A stretch of DNA of 64,000 nt from a virus. The stretch spans positions 64,001 through 128,000 of the IMG/VR virus record IMGVR_UViG_3300036851_000176. One strand, 5' to 3'. The position numbers were made by a program, and so were the translations under genes. Every line of letters starts with the position of its first letter. The first letter of the stretch is position 1. Positions 20,825 through 30,176 of this stretch are shown piece after piece. The notes beneath the pieces are model-generated. The model had not been told where the DNA came from. It searched no databases and saw only the letters and a list, made by a program, of their open reading frames with translations.

Positions 20825-21313
20825 TCACATCCAGGACTGAAACTTAGTGGTGCCTCCGACGTAATAGATGGTCGGATCGTCCGCGCGCAAGCCAACAGTC
20901 CAATCCTGTCGCCAGTTGCCGGTCGCGTCGTTCCACTCATCTGTGATCACCAGCGGCTGATTGCAGTATGCGGTGATGTATACCTGTGCGTACTTTGGAG
21001 AGAAGTAGAACGCGAGCTGATGTTCTTGAAGGTCATAGAACATTCGCATCAGTTCCAATTCTCCGTCACGAAGGTCGGTGAGGTTGCGCGCATAAATCCT
21101 TCCGGTGAGGACAACCTGCTTGCCGGAGCGCTGCACCTCTCCGTGGACCTCTCCCGGGCCGCACGGGTTCGGGTGTGTCTCGGTGCGGATCTCGTCTCCG
21201 AAAAGACCATCCGCGTTCGTAACCGGGATCCAGTAGTAGGGGCTAACCATCAGACTTGCTTTAGCGCCATCGTTGAGAGTGCCGCTGTTGAAGGTGATTG
21301 GCTTTTCGATCAT
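20825..21313 (-). CDS. distal tail (Dit-like) protein
   Basis: Follows tape measure; LRADDPTIY. Confidence 0.7.
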   Translation of the reverse strand: MIEKPITFNSGTLNDGAKASLMVSPYYWIPVTNADGLFGDEIRTETHPNPCGPGEVHGEVQRSGKQVVLTGRIYARNLTDLRDGELELMRMFYDLQEHQLAFYFSPKYAQVYITAYCNQPLVITDEWNDATGNWRQDWTVGLRADDPTIYYVGGTTKFQSWM

Positions 21314-21316
21314 CGC

Positions 21317-24300
21317 TTATCCGCTCTCCGCATGGATCTTGGCGACGCGCATCACATAGTCGATGTCCACCTTCGGTGATGCCGTGATGATCTCGAACGT
21401 CTGATTGGTCTGCTTCGTTGCCCCCGTGGCCTTGGGAGTCGCTCCTCGTGCCACCACTCCCCCGGCTGCAAAACTCTGGTGAGGCACGGACGCGGGCTGG
21501 AATCCAACCACGCCGCCGCTGCCGTAACTCCACAACTTGCTGCGCATGATCGCTCCGATCGCCGCCTGTCCTCCTTCTCCTTCATGGATCCCCAGGCCGC
21601 GCATGACGTGTCCTCGCTTCCAGGCATTGATCTGCGCACGCGTCGCTCCCGCATAACCCTGTGCGCGCTTCACATACTCAGGGATCCAGAATCCCTTGCT
21701 CTTGATGATGTATTGGAGATCGTTTCGCGCAAGGTTGACGTACTGACCCAGAGGCGTGTCGATGAACAGGGGTGATCGGGCTTCTCGTGCCTTCTGCTGC
21801 GCAGCGGTCCCTTCTCCGCCGGGAACTCCCAACTCTGTTCCGGCCCAATCGTCGATGTCAGGACTGAATCCGAACCACTGTCCCATGCGATCGTTGTCGA
21901 ATCCATGAGCGAGATTTCCGACGCCAGCCAGGAGTCTTCGTGCCTGCTTTCGCTTGCGGATATGCTCAGACATCGACTCGCCCCTGCTCTTACCGAACAA
22001 GAACTCCTTGATGAGTCCCACTGGCAGGCCGAGAGCGTGAGCAATCTGCGACTGCTGTCCCTGATTGAGCACCCATTCTCCAACGTGAGCAGTGATAGGA
22101 ACAGCTGCTCCCAATCCGGCGCCTCCGACTTCTCCGCCCTGGTCGTAACTTCCTCCGTATCGCTCAGCGAATCGTTTGAAGGCATCCTGTCTCTGCTTAG
22201 CCGTTGCGTGCGGGTGTGCGCGTGACCAGGCTCGATACGCCTGCATCGCTCGTGGCGACAGAGTTGCTTCTCCGCCGCTATCTCCTTTCCCGAACAGATC
22301 GGCTGCGAGTCTTCCGGGTGCTCCCAGCGGGCTATCGGCGGCTGCCTTCGCCACTCTTTTTGTCCACTGAACTGCGTCGTAGGCGAGGCTGCCAAGGATC
22401 TTTCCCAATCCCTGCAAGGCTCCTCCGAGGATGGGAATCCTTCGAATGACCTTCGAAAGTTCGTACCCCGCGATGAGCGCAACACCTGCGAGACCAGCAC
22501 GCAGACCAAGTTTCAGGATGAGGCTGTTCGTTGCTGGCAACAAGTTTCTCGTCATGATTCCACCAACGATCGGCAAACGCGCTCCCCACCTGTTGAGAGC
22601 ACCACGAAGGCGTCCGAGTCGAGTTGTAGTAGTCACGGTTTCTCGGCCCAGCGCTCTTTCGGCATCGCGAGCCTTCCAGTATGCGTCTCCTTCTGCCTTG
22701 CCCATCTTGCGTCCACTGAAACCTCCGCCTGCGCCTCCGAGAGTAATCGCCTCGACAAGAGTCGCAGTCTGAGCAGCCTTGGCGGCAAGTTCGGCTGCCG
22801 CAGTTTGCTCGATTGCTGTCACTTCTGGATTCAGAAACTTGCCAATCGCTCCTGAAATTCGAGAAGCGCCTACACGAGCGGCAAGAGCGGCTGTTCCTCT
22901 AGCCAGTCCTCTGATGATCTGTCGCAGCGCGAATCCCACGCCCGGAACGATCTTGGAAGCGAGGACCAGAGCGACAAAGATCTCTGTGATTTGCTTGAGA
23001 CCTGGCTGTGAAGCAGCGACTGCCAGAATGCGGAACAATCCTCCGTAAGCCTCTCCAACGTGCTTGAGCGCAGGAAGGCCAATCGTCTCCAGGTCAGTCA
23101 GGAATGTCGTGAAGGCCGAGTTCTGCGACAGATCGAACAGTACCTTGATCAACTTTCCGAAGAATTCGAGAATCTGACCCGAAATTTCGATTGACTTCAA
23201 GAAGAATTCGCGAGCCGCCTGGTGTTTCGGTCCGTTGAGTTCGTCAGCCCATCTCTGGAATGCTGCCGTCATTCTCTCCAGAGCCGTACCTCCCGGACCA
23301 GCAGCGACCCCGATCACGGCTCCGAGGAAGTGGAAGAACGCCCCCAGGAACTTCATGAACTGGTCCAGGAAGCCCTGCGATCGTTCGGCGAATGCTCCGA
23401 GACGATTCTGCTGGAACCCGGCACCTGCCCGGGCTGGCTGACCTGCGCGCTCATTCTGACGACCCAGGAAACCACTCACTCCGCCAAGGATGTGAGAGAA
23501 TACTGGTGCGAACGCCAATGCGATCTTTTCGACCAGAGTGAAGATCTGCTCGAAGATGCGGACGATCGTCGGCAGATTTTTGTTCGCGAGGTTGATGAAG
23601 CTCGTGAAGAAGGCTCTCTGTTCTGGACTCGTGAAAAATCGCGCCAGTTCTCGGATAGAGTTACCAATCGTCGTCGCGAGTCCTCTCCACGCCGCCATGA
23701 AGTTCTTGTCTGCGAACAACTTCTCCAGGGTTTGAATCGCATCCCCGATCGCGTCAAGGATCGCGTCTGTCAGGGGACGAGTTGCTTTCTTCCACAGAGC
23801 CTTGAATCTGTCTACGATTGCCAGGAGCCGACGCTCGGTCGGGTCCAGCCCCTTGAGTGCCTGCTGAGCCGCGTCTTCTCCGGCTGCTCCCTGAGGTTTC
23901 GTGACGTACCCTGTTCTCTTTGCTCGCGCCGCATCCTCAACAGCGCGCTGCCTCGCAATCGTCGCCTCTTTCTGACGCTGCGCTGCCTCCTGAACAGCCA
24001 ATTGTGCTCGACGCTTTTCGAGATCCTGAGTGTTGGCCGCTGCTGCGTTTTTGGCCGCGTTGAACTGCTGTTGGGCTGTGGCGAGTTGGGATAGCGCTGC
24101 GGAGATTGCCGCAGGATCTCCGGTGGCCTGTGCCAAAGCCAGAGCCTGCTGCGCCTGGGTGACGTTTCCCTTGAGGACACCCAGTTCACGCTGATCCTGA
24201 GCCTCTGCTCTAGCCATGTCGCGGAGCCGCTGCTTGGCTTCGAGCAACGACAGGCGTGCGCTCTTCTCTGCAAGGATCGCATCGATCTTCTGGTTCTGAA

Positions 24301-25078
24301 TGTCAACCAAATCGCGCGCATTCTTGCGTTCCTCGCCAGCAAGATCGCGAGTGGATCTGATGTGTTCCTTCTGGAGCAAGGTCGAAGCGTTCAGAACAGC
24401 CTTGAGGCGACCGACAGCGGCGACGAGCAGACCGACCACGGGGATAGCCTGCATCACGCCTGCGACGAGGGCACCGCCGATCGCCGCCGCTGCCAGTGTT
24501 GCCGCCGAGGCCACAGAAATCAGCGCTGCGGCTAGGTTCAATACCGCCGTGACCAGCGAGAAGATCACGGGAGCCAGAAGGGCTGCTACCGTGTTCATTC
24601 GCGTCAGGCTCTTGACGGCGTTGTCAAATCCTCTCGAAGCGTTGTAGGCGAAGTTGAAGAATGCTCCCTGCGCCTGACGAGTCGCGTAGTCCATATCGCG
24701 GACGCCTCGCCTCAGATCGAAAAACTGACGCTGGATACCGAGCGCTGCCTGGCGAACTCGTCCAAATCCCTTTTCGAGAGCATTGTTGCTTCTCAGGAGG
24801 CGCTGAGTCTCCAAGTCGAGCATGTGCATCGTATGCACCTTGTCTTTGATCACGGCCACTTCTCTGTTGGCCGCAATGACCGCTCGCTCCGCAGCCTGAG
24901 ACGAATTTCTGGAGGCTCCGGCCTGTCTGGTCTGCGAAACCGTCACCCGGTCCGTGGCACTGGACAGCCCTTCGGCTTCGGCCTTGAACGCCCTCAATTC
25001 CGCGCTCGCCTTGGCAAGCGTGGCCGTGAGGTTGTCGCGCCCCTGGAGAATAATTTCAATGAAGTATTCTGCGTCCAT
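21317..25078 (-). CDS. tape measure protein
   Basis: 1253 aa, Ala-rich helical, TM-like segments, GGEV..AHVGEWVL and FAAGGVV motifs. Confidence 0.9.
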   Translation of the reverse strand: MDAEYFIEIILQGRDNLTATLAKASAELRAFKAEAEGLSSATDRVTVSQTRQAGASRNSSQAAERAVIAANREVAVIKDKVHTMHMLDLETQRLLRSNNALEKGFGRVRQAALGIQRQFFDLRRGVRDMDYATRQAQGAFFNFAYNASRGFDNAVKSLTRMNTVAALLAPVIFSLVTAVLNLAAALISVASAATLAAAAIGGALVAGVMQAIPVVGLLVAAVGRLKAVLNASTLLQKEHIRSTRDLAGEERKNARDLVDIQNQKIDAILAEKSARLSLLEAKQRLRDMARAEAQDQRELGVLKGNVTQAQQALALAQATGDPAAISAALSQLATAQQQFNAAKNAAAANTQDLEKRRAQLAVQEAAQRQKEATIARQRAVEDAARAKRTGYVTKPQGAAGEDAAQQALKGLDPTERRLLAIVDRFKALWKKATRPLTDAILDAIGDAIQTLEKLFADKNFMAAWRGLATTIGNSIRELARFFTSPEQRAFFTSFINLANKNLPTIVRIFEQIFTLVEKIALAFAPVFSHILGGVSGFLGRQNERAGQPARAGAGFQQNRLGAFAERSQGFLDQFMKFLGAFFHFLGAVIGVAAGPGGTALERMTAAFQRWADELNGPKHQAAREFFLKSIEISGQILEFFGKLIKVLFDLSQNSAFTTFLTDLETIGLPALKHVGEAYGGLFRILAVAASQPGLKQITEIFVALVLASKIVPGVGFALRQIIRGLARGTAALAARVGASRISGAIGKFLNPEVTAIEQTAAAELAAKAAQTATLVEAITLGGAGGGFSGRKMGKAEGDAYWKARDAERALGRETVTTTTRLGRLRGALNRWGARLPIVGGIMTRNLLPATNSLILKLGLRAGLAGVALIAGYELSKVIRRIPILGGALQGLGKILGSLAYDAVQWTKRVAKAAADSPLGAPGRLAADLFGKGDSGGEATLSPRAMQAYRAWSRAHPHATAKQRQDAFKRFAERYGGSYDQGGEVGGAGLGAAVPITAHVGEWVLNQGQQSQIAHALGLPVGLIKEFLFGKSRGESMSEHIRKRKQARRLLAGVGNLAHGFDNDRMGQWFGFSPDIDDWAGTELGVPGGEGTAAQQKAREARSPLFIDTPLGQYVNLARNDLQYIIKSKGFWIPEYVKRAQGYAGATRAQINAWKRGHVMRGLGIHEGEGGQAAIGAIMRSKLWSYGSGGVVGFQPASVPHQSFAAGGVVARGATPKATGATKQTNQTFEIITASPKVDIDYVMRVAKIHAESG

Positions 25079-25245
25079 TACTGCTTAGCCCTTAGGCGTT
25101 CCAACTCCCTTCGCTTCGCTGCGATCTCTCCTTCGATCTGCGCTCGTCTTGGGAGGAGATCTGCCTCTGCTGCTAGCGCCTGATGCTGCGCCTCCAGCAA
25201 GCGGATCTCCTCCCGCACTCTGTCGATGCGCTCCTTCCGGTTCAC
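25078..25245 (-). CDS. small coiled-coil protein
   Basis: Manual translation MNRKERIDRVREEIRLLE...; GTGA and TAATG overlaps. Confidence 0.5.
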   Translation of the reverse strand: MNRKERIDRVREEIRLLEAQHQALAAEADLLPRRAQIEGEIAAKRRELERLRAKQ

Positions 25246-25676
25246 TCTGAGTCGAGTTCCCCTTCCCGGCCAGCCGCTTTGTAAGCGACGACCAGAGCGG
25301 CATCGATTGTCTCCAGACCCTTACGGGCCGGGTCGAGAGCGGCGACGGTGTCCAGGAAATCCTGGGACATGCCGAGCGCCCCGATGTTCTTCTTGCGCAG
25401 TTCCAGGCGCTTGATCTCTGCGATCTGACGCTCCTTCGCTTCGCTGAGACCGACGATGGTTTTGTTCGCCTGCATCTTGGTCTTGAGTTCAAGCAAGATG
25501 TCGGCGTCCACCTGAACGGTGTCGATGCCGTCCATCGGCGTGACAGCCTTCGTCGTCTCCAGCTCGCGCACCGCGTCCGCCGAGAGCTGCGCGTGGTTAA
25601 GCGACTTGAACTTCTTCCAGTCGCTGTACACGACGCGCTTCGTCTTCTTCAGGCCCCTTGCGGTTCCTGTGGTCAT
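25242..25676 (-). CDS. hypothetical protein
   Basis: AAGGAGG RBS before ATG 25676. Confidence 0.65.
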   Translation of the reverse strand: MTTGTARGLKKTKRVVYSDWKKFKSLNHAQLSADAVRELETTKAVTPMDGIDTVQVDADILLELKTKMQANKTIVGLSEAKERQIAEIKRLELRKKNIGALGMSQDFLDTVAALDPARKGLETIDAALVVAYKAAGREGELDSE

Positions 25677-25695
25677 TCGGGCACCTCCTTCGTTA

Positions 25696-25989
25696 CTAGT
25701 CGAGACCCGACATACCGAGTCCCGTGGTGAACGCCTTGCGGCGCTTGTGCTTACGGATGTATCTGCGTGCTGCTTCGATCTGTTCTGATGCTCTCCGAAG
25801 GGCTTCCTCTGCTTGCAATTCGGCGTATCCGTTCTGACCCTTCGCCAGGTCTTTGGCATGGATCAAAAGATCCTCAGCGGCATCCAACTCATCTCCGAGT
25901 CGGCTGACCTCTTTGGACAGACCAGAGACTAGAGATTCGAGTTCTCGCTCTCGTCTCCGACACTCGTCATGCACGCCTGATTTGCTCAC
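25696..25989 (-). CDS. hypothetical coiled-coil protein
   Basis: GTGA overlap with upstream ORF. Confidence 0.6.
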   Translation of the reverse strand: MSKSGVHDECRRRERELESLVSGLSKEVSRLGDELDAAEDLLIHAKDLAKGQNGYAELQAEEALRRASEQIEAARRYIRKHKRRKAFTTGLGMSGLD

Positions 25990-26507
25990 GTCTGGTCGAT
26001 CTCCTTCTTGAAATCCTTCATGAGTCTCTCCGAGCGATCTTGTCGGACTGCTGCCTCTTCCATCATCCCTGCGATGATCGCGTCTTCTGTGCCGATGCGC
26101 GGCGATTTGATGGCTGCGAAAAACGGATCTGTCCAGTCGATCTCGTTATCCTCTGGCTTAACGCCGGTACGGATTTCGACGACCGCTCTATTGAATCCAT
26201 CTTCAATCTGTTGCAGCATTCCTGTCCTTGATCCCTCCTTGCCTTCCTCCTGGGGGTCGTAGTTCGAGTTGCCCCAGACTCCAGCGATCATCATGTTCTT
26301 CACTTCGATGAGTTGTGCGATTGCTTTGCGCTTCGCGTGAGCCTCGAACATTTTCTCGAACAGTTTCCAGTAGGTCTCCTTCAGTTGTTCGATTGTCTCG
26401 GGGTGTTCGCTGCTGTACTCCTCCAGAGCCTCTACGACTGTGATGGCGGGGACTTCATCTTGCTTCCCGCCTTCTCCGCTAGTGGCGCGATCTGCTCCTT
26501 GAAAAAA
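25986..26507 (-). CDS. tail assembly chaperone, -1 frameshift extension (gpGT-like)
   Basis: The -1 frame is open from slippery T TTT TTC (26507-26501) through ORF 25986..26351. Confidence 0.8.
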   Translation of the reverse strand, partial: FFQGADRATSGEGGKQDEVPAITVVEALEEYSSEHPETIEQLKETYWKLFEKMFEAHAKRKAIAQLIEVKNMMIAGVWGNSNYDPQEEGKEGSRTGMLQQIEDGFNRAVVEIRTGVKPEDNEIDWTDPFFAAIKSPRIGTEDAIIAGMMEEAAVRQDRSERLMKDFKKEIDQT

Positions 26508-27010
26508 TCCCGCAGCACTTCCCAGTTCTGATCGAAGAAGGTGTCGAGGATCGCGGCGCCATCGGCGTCACTCAGCCCGCCTTTCTCTTCGTCCAGTTCG
26601 AAGATCTCCTTCACGATCTCGCGCTGTCCGCGCGGAACGTTCAGGATCGTGCAGTACAGATCTCCGACGATCTCTGGGGCATACGAGATCAGTTTGGCGA
26701 CACCGCGAACGAACGTGTCGGCGTCCTTTACGTCCTCGATCAGATTTCCGGATCGCTCCGGAGTATCGAGAAGGTCTCCGACCGAGATGCCGGTCGGTCC
26801 GGTCATCGCACGGTCGAGCGCACGACCCAGGACGGCGAAGAAATCGAGCTTGCCGAAGAAGGTCAGTGGCTTCTGCTGAAACGTGAACTCGTAGTCGTCT
26901 TTACCGACGACCTGAACACGCGTGGCGACACTCGGCACGAGAATCTCTGCGGGATCCACAGCCTCTGTCTCCTGGTCTTTGGTTTCTACTGCTGATGCTA
27001 CTGCGGTCAC
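26432..27010 (-). CDS. tail assembly chaperone (gpG-like)
   Basis: Upstream of TMP, acidic, slippery site near 3' end. Confidence 0.8.
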   Translation of the reverse strand: MTAVASAVETKDQETEAVDPAEILVPSVATRVQVVGKDDYEFTFQQKPLTFFGKLDFFAVLGRALDRAMTGPTGISVGDLLDTPERSGNLIEDVKDADTFVRGVAKLISYAPEIVGDLYCTILNVPRGQREIVKEIFELDEEKGGLSDADGAAILDTFFDQNWEVLRDFFKEQIAPLAEKAGSKMKSPPSQS

Positions 27011-27028
27011 TTTGTGACTCCTTTCTGT

Positions 27029-27562
27029 TTACCTGGCAATCTGACGAGCCAGTCTATGAATGCGAAGCGGAATTTCTGAGCGCTTCGCGATTTCGAACGC
27101 TTCAGTCAAGAAGGGCTGTGGTCTCTGTCCCTTGTTCTCAACCCTCTTTCGGAAGTACACCTCTCCATCTCCCGCCGTCAGTTTGAGGACGTTGCCGACC
27201 GCTGGATTTCTTCGTCCTAGTCGATCGATTCCCCAGTTCGGCGGGAAGTTCGTCTGCTGCTTCTCGATCACGAACGGCCGATGAAGCGGGCCGTAGATAC
27301 CGGTTCCGCCATGAACGAACTTCGCGTGCTTTGGAAATCTCCGAACGCCAACGCCGCCTCGGTAGTGTCCTCCGCCCATCGGATGGGCCGGTGTCTCCCC
27401 GACTGCCTCTCCAAGTGCTCCCGGAGCCGCAGCGCGAGCCAGCCTCCCGATGGTTCCGCTGATGTCATCCATCGCTTCCATGAGGTAGTGCCCCGTTCGA
27501 GCGATGGTCGCATCAACGTCACGGTAGAACCTCTGTTCCCCGACGACCTTGACTTGGATCAC
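27029..27562 (-). CDS. HK97 gp10-like tail completion protein
   Basis: AKFVHGGTG, GQRPQPFL. Confidence 0.8.
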   Translation of the reverse strand: MIQVKVVGEQRFYRDVDATIARTGHYLMEAMDDISGTIGRLARAAAPGALGEAVGETPAHPMGGGHYRGGVGVRRFPKHAKFVHGGTGIYGPLHRPFVIEKQQTNFPPNWGIDRLGRRNPAVGNVLKLTAGDGEVYFRKRVENKGQRPQPFLTEAFEIAKRSEIPLRIHRLARQIAR

Positions 27563-27750
27563 GCCGCCGATGTCCCTTCGTTGGCTGTCGTACTGTCGGG
27601 ACGCTTGTACGTGACCTTGCCTCGATTGATGACAACGGGAGAAGCGGGAACGATCCGCTCGTAGAAGTCGTCTCCGTCCGAGTCGGTCATGTTCGGCTCC
27701 GCCTCATAACTGTCATCGTTGTCGGCGTTATGCGGAATCACTTTCGCCAT
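27559..27750 (-). CDS. hypothetical protein
   Basis: AAGGAGG RBS. Confidence 0.55.
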   Translation of the reverse strand: MAKVIPHNADNDDSYEAEPNMTDSDGDDFYERIVPASPVVINRGKVTYKRPDSTTANEGTSAA

Positions 27751-27765
27751 GGCTTGCCTCCTTCC

Positions 27766-28407
27766 TTACGTTGTCGCGATCGACCCCGGATACGTGACCC
27801 ACTGATCGATCCTGTAATCAAGACGCGCTCCCTGCCAGAACCAGCGGGGTCCGTGTCCTTTCTCCTGACGACGAACAAAAACGTCAGTCTTGATGATGTT
27901 CGGTTGGTTACCGATGCGCGGCACGATCTTTCCAAGGGAGCGAGCATCGTCGCTCATGAGCACTTTGTGAGCTGCTGCGATCGTGCGGTCAAGACGGCTG
28001 CCAACAAGGATACAGGCATTGACGTTTTCGTCAACGTCCAGTCGGTCATCCGTTCCGACAGCCTTCACCATGATCTCGATCGCCAGGTTCACGAGATACC
28101 TGTCCTGGTGGTCGCTGTTAGTCGCCTGAGCATCGGCTCTCCAAGCAAACGCGGAAACGTTCGGGTAGCGCTCGATCGGAGCGTCCAGTAGCGAAGGCTG
28201 GATCCCCGGATAGAAATTCCGAGCCTCGATCTCCTCCACCTCGATTGTCGGGAGAGCACGACCAGTAAACGCCTCGAAGTCGGCGTCCTCTTCCGCCCAG
28301 TTGGCAGCGTCACTGATGACCTGGTCGTTAAGGTAGGCAAGGAGAAACCGCAGCGCTCCACGCTGGATTCGCTCGAACTCGATCTGATCAGTGATGATCC
28401 GCCCCAA
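27766..28407 (-). CDS. putative tail terminator
   Basis: Position in neck block; YPNVSA motif. Confidence 0.6.
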   Translation of the reverse strand: MGRIITDQIEFERIQRGALRFLLAYLNDQVISDAANWAEEDADFEAFTGRALPTIEVEEIEARNFYPGIQPSLLDAPIERYPNVSAFAWRADAQATNSDHQDRYLVNLAIEIMVKAVGTDDRLDVDENVNACILVGSRLDRTIAAAHKVLMSDDARSLGKIVPRIGNQPNIIKTDVFVRRQEKGHGPRWFWQGARLDYRIDQWVTYPGSIATT

Positions 28408-28959
28408 TTACACCAACTCCTCTCCGAGGAAATGGTCCAGCGAGGGGATGACACCAGGGACACGAGGTCTACTCTTGATGACCGGTCCGAACTCCTGGGG
28501 ATCCGGGGTGATGAGGATGCCGCGACCGTTGTCTCCGTATGAAACTCCTGGCGCCCAACTGGTCTTGCCAGAGATGCCGAGAACCTCGTCCCACTCGTCC
28601 GCGACTTCTGCGCTGAGGCGCTTGAAGAGTTCCTGAAGGTGGGCCAGTCGGCTCGGGAAATCTTCCGACTCCTCCGGTCCATGAGTTTCCACGGTCTCAG
28701 ACTGATCCATCCAGTAGTCGATCGCAGCAGGGATGAACTTGAGGGTTGTGACCTTCCCGATGAACTCGATTTGTCGCGGGTTGAACTCGGCTTCCTCAGT
28801 TGGATTTGCCAATTCCGTGCTGAACAGCCGGAAGATGACGTAGTTAGCCAAGGTCTGAAGGTCGTTCAGGGAGTAGTAGTCCGTCGTTTCGGACGGCCCG
28901 ATCATGGCCTTGTAGGTCGCCGGGACGTGCCGACGCACGGATTCTGTGATTGCTCCCAT
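28408..28959 (-). CDS. putative head-tail adaptor
   Basis: Size and position. Confidence 0.55.
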   Translation of the reverse strand: MGAITESVRRHVPATYKAMIGPSETTDYYSLNDLQTLANYVIFRLFSTELANPTEEAEFNPRQIEFIGKVTTLKFIPAAIDYWMDQSETVETHGPEESEDFPSRLAHLQELFKRLSAEVADEWDEVLGISGKTSWAPGVSYGDNGRGILITPDPQEFGPVIKSRPRVPGVIPSLDHFLGEELV

Positions 28960-28991
28960 CTACCCTCCTTTCCGCTTACGAATCCGTGCTG

Positions 28992-29462
28992 TTAGGACCT
29001 TGCTGCCGCGCCGACGAGAAAGGTGTTGGCGCCTGTCTTGCCGATCTGCTTCTCCGCTGTGTAGTACACGCGACTCGGAGTGACGAACTCCTGCTGAGTC
29101 TGAGCCTCCATGGTGACGATCTTCACGTCACGCTCGTCCTCGGCATACACGAGTTCCTCGACCTCTCCCGCCTGGACCGCTTCGACCAGTTCAGGCTGGA
29201 CTTCGGCGACCGCGACATACTGGCCGAGAGCGAGAACCTTCGATCGAACCTCATCGACGCGAGGTGCTTCCGCGTCACGAGCATCCTTTTCTCTTTCCTC
29301 GTCCTCGTCCTTGATCAGATGGATCTGAATCGATCCGTCTTTCTTCGTGCAGACGAGAAAACCCGTCGTCGATGTGACTTCGGGCTGTGTCTGCGAATCC
29401 TGTTCGGGGACTTCTGCTGCCGTCGTCTCGGCTGTCTTCTTCGTATCGGTGCTCTTGGGCAC
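28992..29462 (-). CDS. hypothetical (virion-associated) protein
   Basis: AAAGGAG RBS; acidic. Confidence 0.6.
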   Translation of the reverse strand: MPKSTDTKKTAETTAAEVPEQDSQTQPEVTSTTGFLVCTKKDGSIQIHLIKDEDEEREKDARDAEAPRVDEVRSKVLALGQYVAVAEVQPELVEAVQAGEVEELVYAEDERDVKIVTMEAQTQQEFVTPSRVYYTAEKQIGKTGANTFLVGAAARS

Positions 29463-29484
29463 TGTGTCTCCTTTTCATTGGGGT

Positions 29485-29511
29485 GAAGCCACCCCCGAAG
29501 GGGTGGCCTCA
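29485..29511 (-). terminator. UUCG-capped hairpin after major tail gene
   Basis: GCCACCCC-TTCG-GGGGTGGC; no U-tract. Confidence 0.55.
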
Positions 29512-29545
29512 CTGATGACGATTTTCTTCACTTCTTCGGCCTGGC

Positions 29546-30163
29546 TTAGACCTCGTTCGTCACGTCCGTGTCGAAGATCATGAAGTACCGCTGGAGCTGG
29601 TCCGGGATGCTGGTGTCGGCCAGTGCCTTGAAGCGAACTGGCACGGTCTGCTGCTCCCCGGTCTTCGCGTACACGATTGACGACTCCTGCGGAGTGCGCT
29701 GTGTCTTCCGGAAAACGTACGCACGAATGTTTCCGTTCTCCTTCTGGAACAGCACCGCGAGGCGACGCCGCGTGTACGTGAGTGGGTTACCGACACCCAT
29801 CGTGGTCTGACCCGCTGCCGCGTCTACGACAGGAGTCGAACCTTCCCAAGCCAGCGCGAGGTGCTTCAGGCTCATCTCGGCCAGTGCGGTCGAGACTTCA
29901 CACGTCCAGCCCGTAGGCCGCGAGTCGATGTCGCCGTAGACCTGGTCCACGTCGAACGTCTCCTCCGTGTTGTTCACGGTGATGGTGATTCCGGTCTTCG
30001 TCGCTCCGAGGTCATGCCAAGCAGTCTTGGCGTTGTAGACCGTCGTATCGATGATGTCCTCGATCTCACTCGGGAACGCCACCGTAGCGCCAGCCCACAA
30101 GAAGCGGGCGGCGCCACGGATGAAGTTGTCCTCGTTGAGCTCTACTCGATGGAAGTCAGTCAT
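29546..30163 (-). CDS. major tail tube protein
   Basis: DLGATKTG..., FDVDQ, PVRFKALAD. Confidence 0.85.
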   Translation of the reverse strand: MTDFHRVELNEDNFIRGAARFLWAGATVAFPSEIEDIIDTTVYNAKTAWHDLGATKTGITITVNNTEETFDVDQVYGDIDSRPTGWTCEVSTALAEMSLKHLALAWEGSTPVVDAAAGQTTMGVGNPLTYTRRRLAVLFQKENGNIRAYVFRKTQRTPQESSIVYAKTGEQQTVPVRFKALADTSIPDQLQRYFMIFDTDVTNEV

Positions 30164-30176
30164 TCAGACCGCCCCC

